This document shows, one piece after another, positions 9,962-23,410 of a stretch of DNA of 64,000 nucleotides. This DNA is from Eledone cirrhosa (lineage: Eukaryota), in assembly GCA_964016885.1 (NCBI GenBank), contig OZ024741.1, positions 388,554,001 through 388,618,000 of the forward strand, read 5' to 3'. The position numbers were made by a program, and so were the translations under genes. Below the pieces are notes generated by a model. It was not told the origin of the DNA and ran no database searches. It saw nothing but the letters and a program-made list of their open reading frames with translations. Positions within the stretch are counted from its first letter, which is position 1; the number at the start of each line of letters is the position of its first letter.

Positions 9962-12918
9962 TAGGGGTTCACAAAGTGGGCACTACCACCCCCGAGAGGA
10001 GGGGGGATTGAGAAAGTCCAGGCAGCATTGGGGACTAACGGGGTGATGGGGGAAGTAGAGAGAAAGGGGCCATTGGGAGGAATGGAGAGGCTGTAAGTGT
10101 CAATCTGCCCATACAAGTGAATGTGTCTGTAAGTATGAAAACTTGTCTTATGGTCTTTCTTCTTCTTAACCTTTTACCCGCAGTTTTACTTCAGCCTTAC
10201 TCTTTGGATTGAGCTGGTCATCAACATCCCACATGTTCAAACATGGTTGTTCCAACAATAATGTATATATAAAGAGACTTTTAAAAAAGAACACAACACA
10301 ACTTTGTGTTTTACCTGTGACGTTCTGATTTTCAACACTCCACTTTTGCTATTACACCAGACTTACAAAACCTTCCGATACTAAGGTGAGTCTTCAGTGC
10401 ATTGAGTATTTTCTAATGTATAATAATTAAATCAAGGGTAGATTTGGGGGATCTACATATGTACATGTTGACTTTTATTTCTGAAATGTACTTTTGAGAC
10501 TCCAACAGCAAAACATTTTGCAAAATGGAAAGATTTTTTTAAACTCAAGGATTTTCAAATCGGAGATAAAACTTTATGTAACTTCATATGATCCTGATTA
10601 TTTTTGTATTTTGTTACTTTAATAGCAGCTATACTAACAAATCAAGCTAATTAGATCTGTTTGCAATCATCAAGGTTACAACATTGAAATATTGAATTTT
10701 TACACTATGGGGATTTTAAACTATATTAGAATTAAACTATCATTCAATCTTATCTTTTCAGAACAAAACTATGGCTTCATCAACCCCTTCTAAAAAGAAG
10801 TGTAGGCAGTATAGTGTCAACTATCTGAAGTATCGGTTTATTGCAGCTCCACATAACCAACAACAACCACTGTGTCTACTTTGTGTAAAGATCTTTACAA
10901 ATGAAGCGATGAAACCATCAAGGCTTCAGGAACACTTGAACAAGATGCATCCTGATAGAGCAGAAAAAAAAATTGAATTACTTTCAATCCATTTGAGATA
11001 ATTTTCTCAAGCAAAAAACAATCAGAGGTTTTTCCCCAATTCATCCAATCAGTCTAATGACGGTTTGTGCTCTTCTTATAACATTCATTGCTAATTGAAA
11101 AGGCTGGCAGACCTCGCACAATAGGAGAACAGCTAATCTTACCAGCTGTAAAAGAAGTCATAAAGACAGTGCTACACAAGGCACCAGAGCCAATTATCAA
11201 AGTTATTCTTCTGAGTAATAGCTCTGTCCAGAGAAGGGTTGATGAAATGGCAGAAGACGTTGAAGAACAACTCTGTACAATTCTGAAGAAAACAGAATTC
11301 AGTTTACAGTTAGACGAGTCTACTTTGCCAGGCAATGAATCCCTCTTTGCATATGTTCATTTCATGAAAGATGAAAATATGTTCCAAGAACTGTTGTTTG
11401 CCAGACTATTCGAAACTAATACCAAGAGTGAATCCATTTTCAATGTGGTCAAGAACTTTATCGATGAAAAGGACATCCCACAGACAAATATTATAGCCTG
11501 TGCAACTGACAACGCACCTTCAATGATTGGCTGTCATTATGCCTTCATCAGTTATCTCAAAGCCTGTTTAACTGATGTCTTCATGATGCACCGCGTGATT
11601 CACTGACAAAATGATGTTGCACAAAACCTCAGTGGTCGTCTTCCCGATTCCCTTAACATGATCATTACTGCTGTGAATACAATGTAGGTTCTTGCTCTGA
11701 ACTCTTGTTCAACAGCTTTGCCTTGAAAGCGATGAGGATTTTCAAAACTTGCTATTCCATATAGAGTTGGGGTGGTTATCAAGGAGAAAATGTTTAAATC
11801 GATTTTACACTTTGTTTGATTTAGTAACAGAGTTCTTTGATACTGCCGTCTCTGAACTTAGTGAGAGACTTAAAAGAATAAAGAAGGATATTGTGTACTT
11901 GTCCAATTTATTCACTAAATTAAATTAAATGAATAAGCAGCTGCAAGGAGATGGTGTTATTCTCATCTGAGTGAAGTTAACCATCTCAACATTTCAAGCT
12001 AAACTTGTTATATACAAGTGCAACATTGGAAGCAGGAAATGTTTCCAGTTTCTTAGGTTGTCTGCTTTTGAAAAGGATGGAAAATGTCCAGACAAGGATC
12101 TGCTTGTCTTTTGTTCCCATCTCACTGAAATATACGAAAATATGGAGCAACAATTTCATGATCTGTTTGATCTTCGAGTCCCTGAATGGATTATCAAACC
12201 CTTCAAAGACATAGGTGGAGAAGAGAGTGGAGAGTTAGAAGAGGAGCTGATAACTCTTCAAAGCCTAAATTCCGCAAGTGCTATTACGAATTTCGGCTTT
12301 AAATAGCTATCTGGAGCTTTGAAAGAAAGTCAAATTGTTCTTCATTGCCTTTCCAACATATTTGGTTGAGAGAGGATTCAAAGTAGCAGAGCAAGCTCTG
12401 AATTACACTGCATGGAGATCTCAGACTTATTCTTAGCACAATTCAGCTTGAGAGGCTACTTTCACTTAACCAAACTCATCCTTCTCATTGAACCCCCTCC
12501 CTAAAAACCTATCTGGATGGGCTGTTTTAGTGGTATACTGTTGACTGCTCCAATATGCGTTGTAAATTTGTGTATTATTTTATTGAGTAAGAATATATTT
12601 GCGTGTGTAGAAAGGTCTCTTTTTTGGTGGTGGAATGGGGGACGCTATGAATTTATTATTTAGAATATTATTATAGTACTGTACACATATGATATAATAG
12701 TATATTAAATATCAAATGATATATATTATATAGAAATATAGAAAAATAAAAAATATATAATATTTATTTACACATAGTATATAGTATATATTATATTATT
12801 TATTATATATTATTTACAGTTTGCATGTCGGCAGGTCTCTCTGGAAATAAGGGTGGGTGGGGTGGGGACGCTGAGGGTATTATGTGGCCGTGAGGGGGTG
12901 TGGGGAGTGAGACACTCT
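9962..12918 (+). mobile_element. Decayed hAT DNA transposon, Buster/Charlie (SCAND3/ZBED8-like) type
   Basis: Left end TAGGGGTTCACAAAGTGGG. Broken ORF 10771-12491 with BED finger (CLLC..MKPSRLQEHL..H), FSLQLDEST, ATDNAPSMIG, LVERGF, GDLRL and terminal HPSH*. Candidate 5' intron from GTGAGT (10386) to TTTTCAG (10761). Right TIR not clearly visible. Confidence 0.9.
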
Positions 12919-13830
12919 CGTTTAGTAGGTCAGGCAACAAGATGGAGGATCCATTAGCTCTCCAAAAAAAGAGTTAAACTTGGAAACAAATCGAAGCAAA
13001 CAAAATTATGTAAGTTTACCAAATATGGTAATTGTAGTAGGTTTTGAACTTTAAGTCATGCAGTCAGTTGTCAACCACTTAACATATTGTGTGCTGTCTG
13101 TACCACCATCATCACCATCATCACCATAATCATCACCAACATTACCATCATTGCCAACATCACCAGCATCACCAGCATCACCAGCATCATTATCATCATC
13201 ATCGTGATGAGATGGCACTCCCAGACGAGACTCAGATTTGTGTCTTTATTGGTGTTTCACCAATTTTAAGTTCTGAGGTATGTGTACACGGTTTGCTCAT
13301 TGAGGGGTTCTAGAGTAGGTAGTGTCATGAAGGGTTCAGGAAGTCCGGTTAGATGGTGTATGGTGGTGTGGGCTTCTAGTTTTATAAAAATTGGGCCTTT
13401 TGATGCAAACACGACCTGAAGATTTATGTCTTTGAGTTTAGGTAAATATCTGGTGAGTATAGACCCTGTAAGATCCTGAATTTCACAGTTAGGTAGAGCG
13501 AGCAATTTTTGCTAACGTTCCAAATGAGATTTAGTCAAGGGACAACAACTTTCCTTTCTAATATTTTTGTCTATGTGCCTGAATGAAGGCCCAGTTTAAA
13601 AGTGCCACCTCCCTTATACAGTGTTAGCCATGACTGGCCCCCAAAACCAATTGTAGCACATACATGTTAAGTGTACGAAACTTTGTTTATACTAAATAAG
13701 CTCTCTTCCAACAGATTGAGCACTGTTTTCCTTGATCTTTCATCTACGGATTTCTACCAACGTATATATATATATATATATGCACACACACATATATATC
13801 ATGAAGTTAAAACAAAGCTATATTTCCTTG

Positions 13831-14260
13831 AATAATAATGATTTCTAGTATAGGCACAAGGCCAGTAATTTTTTTTGGGGGGGGGGGGGGGGAGAAAGTC
13901 AATTAAATTGACCCCAGTATGTTACTGGTGCTTTATATTATCGATCCCATAAGGATGAAAGGCAAAGTTAACCTCAGCGGGATTTGAACTCAGACTGTAA
14001 AGGACCGTAACTCTATGCTGCAAAGCATGGTGTCCGACTCTCAAGATAATCTTGAATGGTTTTAATTCATTGGATTGGCAGTATCGGTAGAGAGTCGGAC
14101 GCCATGCTTTGATGCATAGACTTACGTCCCTTGCCATTCTGAGTTCAAATCCCACCGAGGTTAACTTTGCCTTTCATCCTTACGGGGTCGATAAAATAAA
14201 GTACCAGTAATGCACTGGGTATTTGCTGGCCCTGTGCCTAAAGTAGAAACAATTATTATT
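13831..14260. mobile_element. Head-to-head pair of tRNA-derived SINEs (Meta-domain-like core)
   Basis: 13831-14042 (-) and 14072-14260 (+). B-box GAGTTCAAATCC, core GCCTTTCATCCTTACGGGGTCGATAAAATAAAGTACCAG, (ATT)n tail. Confidence 0.85.
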
Positions 14261-14599
14261 TCCTTGAATAATAATGAATTAAAACCATTCAAGATTATCT
14301 TATTCTTAATATATCAACATGAGTCATATTTTGGGGTTCAAGCAAATATTACAAGGAATAATTCCTGTCTGGCAGTATATTGTTAACTTGCTGTCTGATA
14401 AAGCTGCTTGCTTTGTACTCAATGTATGGGATGTGTAGCAACTTTCTGAAGCACTTGTGCTTGAATGCCTGGATTCTTTGTTCCATGTCAGCTGTGAGAG
14501 TCCAACTCTCACACCCATACCTATATCATCATCATCATTTATGTATGCTTTTCATGTTAACATGGGCTGGATGGGTTGTCATGGTCCTAAACTAGACAG

Positions 14600-15595
14600 T
14601 GCAGCATGGGATGGAGTGGGGGTATCATATCTTGTTGATGGTGGTCATATTAGTGGTGATGATTGTGGTAGTGTTGATGATGGTGGTGTGGGTTGTCGTA
14701 GGGAAGTTAGTTAGTTAGTTAGTTGTAGTGGTGGTTGTTTGCAGTGGAGAAGTTGGTGGTAGTGTTGGTGATGATGTTGGTGGTAATGGTGATGTTGATG
14801 GTGGTGTTGATGGAGGTGATGTTGTTGGTGGTGGTACTAGTTATAGTGGTGGTGTTGGTAGTAGTGGTAGTGGGTGATGTTGGTGGTGGTGGTGGTGGTG
14901 GTGCTAGTTATAGTGGTGGTGTTGATGGTAGGGGTGGTGGTGATGGTGGTGGTGGTGGTGGTGGTGCGGGGTGGTGGGGGGTGATGATGTTTGTGGTGTT
15001 GATGGTGGTGATGTTGGTGGTGGTGGTGATGGTGGGGGTGGTGGAGGTGGTGATGTTGTTGTTGTTGTTGGTGGCAGTGGTGATGTTGTTGTTGGTGGTG
15101 GTGGTGGTGGTGGTGGTGATGGTGGTGGTGGTGATGTTGGTGGTGGTGGTGGTGGTGGTGATGTTGGTGGTGATGTTGGTGGTGGTGGTGATGTTGGTGG
15201 TGGTGGTGTTGGTGGTGGTGGTGATGTTGGTGGTGGTGGTGATGTTGGTGGTGGTGGTGATGGTGGTGATGTTGGTGGTGGTGGTGGTGGTGATGGTGGT
15301 GATGTTGGTGGTGGTGGTGATGTTGGTGGTGGTGGTGATGGTGGTGATGTTGGTGGTGGTGGTGGTGGTGATGGTGGTGATGTTGGTGGTGGTGGTGATG
15401 TTGGTGGTGGTGGTGGTGATGGTGGTGATGTTGGTGGTGGTGGTGGTGGTGATGGTGGTGATGTTGGTGGTGGTGGTGATGTTGGTGGTGGTGGTGGTGA
15501 TGGTGATGATGTTGGTGGTGGTGGTGGTGGTGATGGTGGTGATGTTGGTGGTGGTGGTGATGTTGGTGGTAGTGTTGTTGGAGGTAGTGGTCGTG
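14600..15595. repeat. (GGT/GAT/GTT)n trinucleotide tract, ~1 kb
   Basis: Direct reading. The right half has a ~80-bp higher-order period. Confidence 0.95.
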
Positions 15596-16383
15596 CAGTA
15601 TAGGTGATATATTGTATGGATGAGTTCTATCATACAATCTACAGATCTATAAGTATATATATTGATGTTTCTCAGACCACAGATTAACTTCCTGATTAAA
15701 AATATAGCTGTTCTGATAGAGAATGGGTTGCAGGTGGTGGATAGCGCTACAGTCCCCAGATATGATGGTTATTTGCCATATAAGTGGGCAACTACTGGAT
15801 GAATAAGCAACCCTAGGCCAACAGCGATAAACTACTAGGGGAAATGGAGCAATGGGTGACGCCTGTAGCTCCCGGGGAAACCTTTCACAACCCTGTTATG
15901 TAGCTATAATGAGTTCAGTAAACTCTAAAAAAGCCTAGACTTTGCGTGTTTAACAAAGTACCAGATTGGTGGCTGGTGCAAATAAGACCACTGAAACTGA
16001 AATTGCAACATGATGAAGAAAACAAAAAAGAACCATGCCACATCGTCCTTTGCATAGCTTAATAAGGGACACTTTCAGGTCTTAGGTAGAGGGGCCTGTT
16101 GGGAAAATATATTGAAGTCTCCATTCCATGCTGCAAAAATTATTGATGGGCCTGCAACCTGTCCTGGGAGGTGTGGGATGGACACACAAAGATTGCGTAT
16201 ACCAAGATATAAAATATAAATATTTATATAAAATCTAAAACACATTTATGTAACCAGCTATATGAGAATGAAAATACAAATTTTAATTTTGTTTTTAATT
16301 TTCGGCAAAGGCAGCAGTAAAATTGCTTGGTATGCAAATGAGGCTAATCAGCCAATGTATACTTTAGAAAATACTATATATTT

Positions 16384-16434
<51 letters not shown>

Positions 16435-16435
<1 letters not shown>

Positions 16436-18991
16436 ACCCATAGCAAAACTATAATCCTACTAAAAAAAAACCGAATGTCCCCCATCACAAGACAGGACCT
16501 GATCGGCAGATCACAAACCACATAAAACCTGTTCCAAAACCGTAGACCCCAACCCACACAGAACCTGTTCCAAAATCGTAGATCCCAACCCACACAAAGG
16601 AACAAAATTTACAACCTACCATCAACAAACCGAACCTCAATACGCCCGAAACTTCTATACAAGGCCACCCAATAACAGGGAAAATGCCATTAGATATAAT
16701 AATACCCATGAAAAAACAATTCAGAAAAATCATTTTTTAGACCAAGGCTACAGGACCCACGACACCCGGTGGCACAAACCGATTTTGAAAAACCGAAAAT
16801 AATCAACCTTTCAAATACAAACTTCTCAGCCCAACAAATTAAAATTCTCTCTGAAATTCACACCAACACCACAATACGCTAACCTCAATGAGATGGGTAC
16901 AAAAGTTGCTCCTACTTATGCCAACTTAGTCATGGCCTACTTGGAAGTCCAGATATATGAACACTCCAAATCAACATACGGATTGAAGTTTCACAAATAT
17001 CTATCAGAATATTGGAAAAGTTACTTGGATGATTGTCTTATTCTTTGGTCCCACACACTCGACCAACTAAATGATTTCAAAAATTTAATTAACGGCAACA
17101 ATAACCACATCCAATTCACAATGTAATACAGCCAAGATCAACTCCCATTTCTGGACATCTTAATCATAAAAAAAGACACAAATATTGAAACTGACATACA
17201 CTACAAACCAACAGATTCCAAACAATACCTGCTATTCACCTCCAACTACCCAAAGCACTCGAAGACGAACATCCCTTTTAAACTAGCAAGAAGAATTTGC
17301 ACAATTGTCTCCAATTATGAAACGCAAAATAAAATACTTCCAGAATTAAAGGAAATTCTGCTCGAAAGAGAGTACCCACCATTACTAATAAATAATGGAA
17401 TAGAAAGGGCTAAAGCAATAGGCATTGATGAATTACGAAAACAGAAACAAATTCAAGGTACGTCCAATATTCTATCATATCTCAACACACAACCCAAGAA
17501 ATGCAGAAGCTTACAAAATTATTCACAAGAACATCCTACTATTGAAACAAGACCCAAGAATGAAAAAAGCCCTTGAAACACACAAAATAATCAAAAGCAA
17601 AAGACAACCGAAACCACTAAAAACATTACTCACCAATGCCAAATTAACTACCACAAACCCACAACCAACTGTCAAAAAATGTGGTCGCTCTAATTATGGA
17701 ACCTGCACTCACCTCATTGAAGACACCATGTATACATTTCAATCAGGACAAAATTTTGTTGTAAAAAATCACTTCACTTGCTCATCAAAAAATCTAATTT
17801 ATGCCATTAAATGTAAAGGATGCAATGAAGATTATATAGGACAAACTAAACTCACACTCAGAAACAGAATGACAATTCATCGCTAACAATTACGAGACCC
17901 TACTACAAGACAGATACTACTCAGTGCACATCTAGACATGTGCGCAAGTAATAAGACACCCAAATTCCAAGTCTTCCCGCTTTATCTTTGCGCTGACAAT
18001 ACAACAGAACAAATACGAATAAATAAGGAACATATGTTTATTCAAAAATATAGACCAGCATTAAATATAGTTTAATATACATTATGTCAACACCATAACA
18101 TGCTAATCATCCAAACAGACACATACATACACACACACACATAAAACCTTCTATATTCGAAAATAAAAACCAGAACTAAATAAACCTTAACTTACGTTAA
18201 TATTTTAACACCGTAACATGCTAACCATACCCCCCCCCCCCACACACACATAACTCCCTCACCCATTTCTACTAACGGAATCATTTTCCTACACACACAT
18301 ACACAAAAAATATATATATTCTCTCCATCTTAACATGCTAACCAAACTCCCACACACACATACACACACACACATATAACACCCATACACACACACACAC
18401 ATAACTCCCTCCCCCATTTCTACTAATAGAATCATCTTCCTACACACACACACACACACCAGCACACAAATAAAAATACATATCTCTACTTTCTTTATTT
18501 CAATAGAAAGTCTGAATTTTGACACCCCAGCACACCAGCCATATTCACTGAACCAGAACAATTCTCCCCATCCCGTTTTTCTTGACCATTATCTTTTGTT
18601 TGGCACACATTCTCTAAATGGCTACAAAAGAAATTCCCAAATACGGGCGCGAAATTTAATGTACTTGTTCACGTGACAGTCATAATTTCATTTATAACCA
18701 ATCAAATTACATTTATAAAAAAAGCCTTCATGAGCCACTTTTTTTTCAGTAAAAAGAAATTCAAAGACGAAAATTGATGTGCTTATTCACGTGACTAGCA
18801 TTTCGAGCCACTTTTTTTCCATATAAAACAGAAGTAACATTCGAAGACCAACCAGATGTGAGAAAAACCACAAACCCTCCATCTCAATTCTACTTTTGAA
18901 AGGCACAAGAACTGCGAAACCGATAAAGAAACCAAATAAATATATTTAAAAAAAAAAGACTCCAGTTGCATTTTCGATTTCATCTCTTTTT

Positions 18992-18995
<4 letters not shown>
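16435..18995 (+). mobile_element. Penelope-like element, internally deleted and decayed (RT C-terminal half + GIY-YIG endonuclease + 3' pLTR)
   Basis: IINLSN N-terminal motif joins directly to MGTKVAPTYANL; then YLDD, LPFLDILI, YKPTD, and NLIYAIKCKGCNEDYIGQT (GIY-YIG). Stop near 18075. Both ends lie in (TA)n. Confidence 0.9.
18893..18928 (+). ncRNA. Degenerate hammerhead motif in the 3' pLTR of the Penelope element
   Basis: CTT-TTGAAAG-GCA-CAAGAAC-TGC-GAAA-CCGA-TA-AAG followed by AATAAA. The first core box is non-canonical, but position and strand are as expected. Confidence 0.45.
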
Positions 18996-19057
<62 letters not shown>

Positions 19058-19109
19058 TAATAAAAACAATGAATAAAAACAAAGAAACAGTTCCTTATAT
19101 TAAAAAATT

Positions 19110-19245
19110 CATCATTTTACGATCGTTTCTAGGATATATATGTGTGTGTTGGTATGTATATCATATAGATCTATGTAAAAATTTTACAAACTATCAGAGG
19201 GAATATACATACCTACACATATATATGCTGTCTTCAGAAATAATG
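19110..19245 (-). ncRNA. Hammerhead ribozyme motif (minimal type I, long stem II)
   Basis: Minus strand: CATTATTT-CTGAAGA-...ATATATGTGT/ACACATATAT and GGTATGTATAT/ATATACATACC helices...-GAAA-C-GATC-G-TA-AAATGATG. 8-bp stem I, GUA triplet. Confidence 0.75.
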
Positions 19246-19684
19246 TGATTTTCATCGAAAACATTTTTGAATACATCTCTTTTCATGATATTTGGATTAC
19301 ATTGAGTTCTTCATACGGTTTGGACCCTACCATATATTTTGGTAGATTTATCTACATATATATATTTATATATATATCGACAGTTGATCGACAAGATCCC
19401 AGACCTCATTTGCTTAACAAGTCTGGTGGAGTTCGTCAAATCAGACTGAGGAAACAAAATTTTCATTGGTCTTTCCAATTGCTAAATACTATTCTGTCGG
19501 TCAAAAATCCAGGCAGAAGGTGCAGCGTGGAATAAAGTGTTTTGCTTAAGGACATAAGGCATCGCTTAGTCCAGGAATCCAAATCACAACCTCACAATTG
19601 TGAATCCAAATCTCTATCTATTCAGCCATGTAAGCATGGAAAATGGCCGTTAAACAATGATGATGATGATGGTATGTATATATG

Positions 19685-19770
<86 letters not shown>

Positions 19771-19865
19771 AAGTAATTCCGTCGGAAAAGTCCAGGAAAA
19801 AAGAGTGCTCTATGTAAGCAACAGAGCTTAATTATTATTATGTAATAAACAACATAAGGCAATTA

Positions 19866-19925
19866 TTCCATTTACCAGTGGTTTCTTAAAAGCAAAAGGT
19901 TTTGCTTTCAATCCTCAGAATGAAA
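19866..19925 (-). ncRNA. Hammerhead ribozyme (left arm of inverted repeat)
   Basis: Exact reverse complement of 21442-21501. Confidence 0.85.
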
Positions 19926-20058
19926 AAATCCTGGTTTGTTTATTGAATTTGGATCTTAAAAACAAAAATGCAAGCTATATGAAAGTGAGGCTGGAGAAGG
20001 GAGAAGGAAAGGAAAAATGAAAATAAAATAAGACTACCCATACAACCACACATACACG

Positions 20059-20132
<74 letters not shown>

Positions 20133-20255
20133 GCGCGCATACACGCACACGTTATTCCGGGTTGAATCGGAGGCAGCCACAGCAAGCAAGGCACTCAGTA
20201 CACCGCAGAGCATGAAGGTTATAATACAGATGAGAATCTGTGTATGTATACAAAC

Positions 20256-20327
<72 letters not shown>

Positions 20328-20826
20328 ACACACATATGTGTATGCGCGCACGCACGCACGCGTATACAAATATAAATATATTTCCCCCATACACATGTAT
20401 GTGCGTGCATGCGCGCATACGCGCAGGGTATGTTCTGTTGAAAGTGTCTCGTGAATTTATGGCTACAGTTGTATAGATTATACTTAGAAATTGTCTACAG
20501 AATTCCCTAAACCTTCGTCAATTTACTAGAACCTTTAAGAATTTAGCTTTTAAGGAATCTCCCCTTCCTCCAAAACTATCTACCATGACTGACCCCATAC
20601 TGATCTTACAGACACCTGTAAGCTAAAGAGAAAGCTAATGATAAGGATTGGCTCCAATCTGAATACAGAAATCTGTCTGCCTTTGTTCCTCTAAGAACAA
20701 ACATATACAAACATTCACACACACACAAACATATCTGCACACACACACACGCATATATATATATATACACACACACACATACACACACATATATACACAC
20801 ACATACATGCATATATATACACACAT

Positions 20827-20858
<32 letters not shown>

Positions 20859-21104
20859 GCATATATATACACATATATATATATATACATATATGCGCGT
20901 GTGTACACGCATACACTAGTAAATTGACGAAGGTTTAGGGAATTCTCTAGACAATTTCTAAGTATAATCTATACAACTGTAGCCATAAATTCACGAGACA
21001 CTTTCAACAGAACATACCCTGCGCGTATGCGAGCATGCACGCACACACATGTGTATGGGGGAAATATATTTATATTTGTATACGCGTGCGTGCGTGCGCG
21101 CGCG

Positions 21105-21135
<31 letters not shown>

Positions 21136-21256
21136 GTTTGTATACATACACAGATTCTCATCTGTATTATAACCTTCATGCTCTGCGGTGTACTGAGTGC
21201 CTTGCTTGCTGTGGCTGCCTCCGATTCAACCCAGAATAACGTGTGCGTGTATGCGC

Positions 21257-21308
<52 letters not shown>

Positions 21309-21441
21309 CGTGTATGTGTGGTTGTATGGGTAGTCTTATTTTATTTTCATTTTTCCTTTCCTTCTCCCTTCTCCAGCCTCACTTTCATATAGCTTGCTTT
21401 TTTGTTTTTAAAATCCAAATTCAATAAACAAACCAGGATTT

Positions 21442-21501
21442 TTTCATTCTGAGGATTGAAAGCAAAACCTTTTGCTTTTAAGAAACCACTGGTAAATGGA
21501 A
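21442..21501 (+). ncRNA. Hammerhead ribozyme (right arm of inverted repeat)
   Basis: TTTCATT-CTGAGGA-TTGAAAGCAAAA-CC-TTTTGCTTTTAA-GAAA-CCACTGG-TA-AATGGAA. 7-bp stem I, ~11-12-bp stem II, short stem III, GUA triplet; predicted cut after 21494. Confidence 0.85.
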
Positions 21502-22142
21502 TAATTGCCTTATGTTGTTTATTACATAATAATATATATATATATATAACCCATGGTAGTGGAAAATGAACGTTAAGCAATGATGATGATATATTCATTT
21601 TTATTAAGGCTAAAAAGTGAGTCTTGTTACTCTAGAGTTTTGCCTGTTTATCACAGTGCCATCAGACAAGAAGTAACATTTCAATGACAGACACAGTATA
21701 AATAAGGAAGACTTGGGGTGGGGAAAAGGAAGATTTGATTGAGAAGGGGTAATTATGATAGGGTGGTGGTGGAAGTGGTGAGTGTTGTGTGGAACAAAAA
21801 GGTGATAAAGGGTAGTAATGGGTGTAGCCATAGAAAATAGAAATTTAACTGGTCAGTGGAAGGCACATGGTAAATGTGGAGATGAGTGTATAGGGGTTAG
21901 TGAAAAATGTTGGTGGGATTGGCAGGATAAAGTGGTGGATGGAATAAACACATGTATACAATATAAATTATATAATTTATAAACAATAAATTTAAAAAAA
22001 TTCTTCAACATATATTTTTCCCAGGATAAAAAACGACCCTCGATAAAACTGAAATTAATTTATTACTTTTTCAAAATTGTTGTTGATTTGGAGAAATGCA
22101 CCCTAGGTGGCTGCCTAGTTTGCCTATATGGAAGCACCAGCC

Positions 22143-22210
<68 letters not shown>

Positions 22211-23410
22211 TTAAGGATACTATTTATGGTTATGTATATACTAAAACCTTTTATAGTTATATATATTTTAAACCCTAAACAGTGAAAGACAGTAATTTAT
22301 TACTACCTTATTACTAGTTTCTATATATATATATATATATATCATCATCATCACCGTTTTACGTCCGTTCTTCCACGCTAGCATGGGTTAGACGAGTTGT
22401 CCTGTTGTGGCCAGTTTGTGCCCGGTTGGCTGACCTTGTCGTGCTCACACTGGAACTGATTCTATATATATGTATATATATCATACATACACACCAACAC
22501 TCATACAGGGAGTATACATGTACAGGCATATACTCCACCCAGACACATACACAATGTTTTTTCAAAACCTACATTCACATACACTTGTTTCCTTCCAGAC
22601 ACTCATACTGACAGATACACACATATATATATGTGTATCTGTAGATGTGAGTGTGTGTGTACACACACTCACATCTACAGACACACACACATACACACAT
22701 ATATATATACATACACACATATATATATATACACACATATATATATATACACACAGACACATACACACACACAAACATATATATATAAATATACGTATGT
22801 ATGTATATATGTATATATGTATGTATATGTGTTCGTGTGTATGTAAATAATGATGATGATGATGATCGTGATGATGATGATGATGATGATATTGGTTGTG
22901 TTCATGTGTGTGTCTGCGTACTGGTAAGTATCAAGAGAAAGAGAAGGAGAAAAAATGACGACCTGCAAACAACAATTGGATTGGTCTATATTCTTTCTTG
23001 GGAACATAGATATTGATTACAGAAAAGAAAGTAAAAATAATATTTAGAAAGAAACAATAAGAAAGAAAAGAAAAACATAAACATTGACAAAGGAAAAGCA
23101 GAAAAATAATCTCTTTATATAATATATAACAATGATAAATTACTTTCATTAACCATGTTAAAGATTTGTATTCCTAAATACAATTTGATTCATATATGTA
23201 TATGTACATACATACGCACATGCACACACACACACATAAATATATATAAAGATTATGATAATGATGCTAGTGATATAAACTTCCTGATATTTGAAAGTAA
23301 TTGTGCCCCCAAAAGATATTGATAGGAATAAAATATAAATGGAATGAAGAAAATATTTTTATTAACTTAGATGGATTATTTGAATCTTTTCTATAATGTG
23401 TATATACACA

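Larger units (their letters stand above)
19833..21534. repeat. Long inverted repeat (arms 19833-20529 and 20916-21534, ~385-bp spacer)
   Basis: Arms are reverse complements apart from a few substitutions and microsatellite length (mirror ORFs 19940-/21197+ and 20240+/20969-). Confidence 0.95.

Noticed and set aside
10771-12491. Domesticated ZBED/SCAND3-like host gene
   Set aside because: Multiple stops and frameshifts; a transposon end is present.
13200-13760. Possible retroelement fragment on the minus strand with an (ATG)n tail
   Set aside because: No diagnostic motif, so it cannot be classified.
14735-15637. Poly-Val, poly-His and Gly-rich ORFs
   Set aside because: Translations of a trinucleotide repeat.
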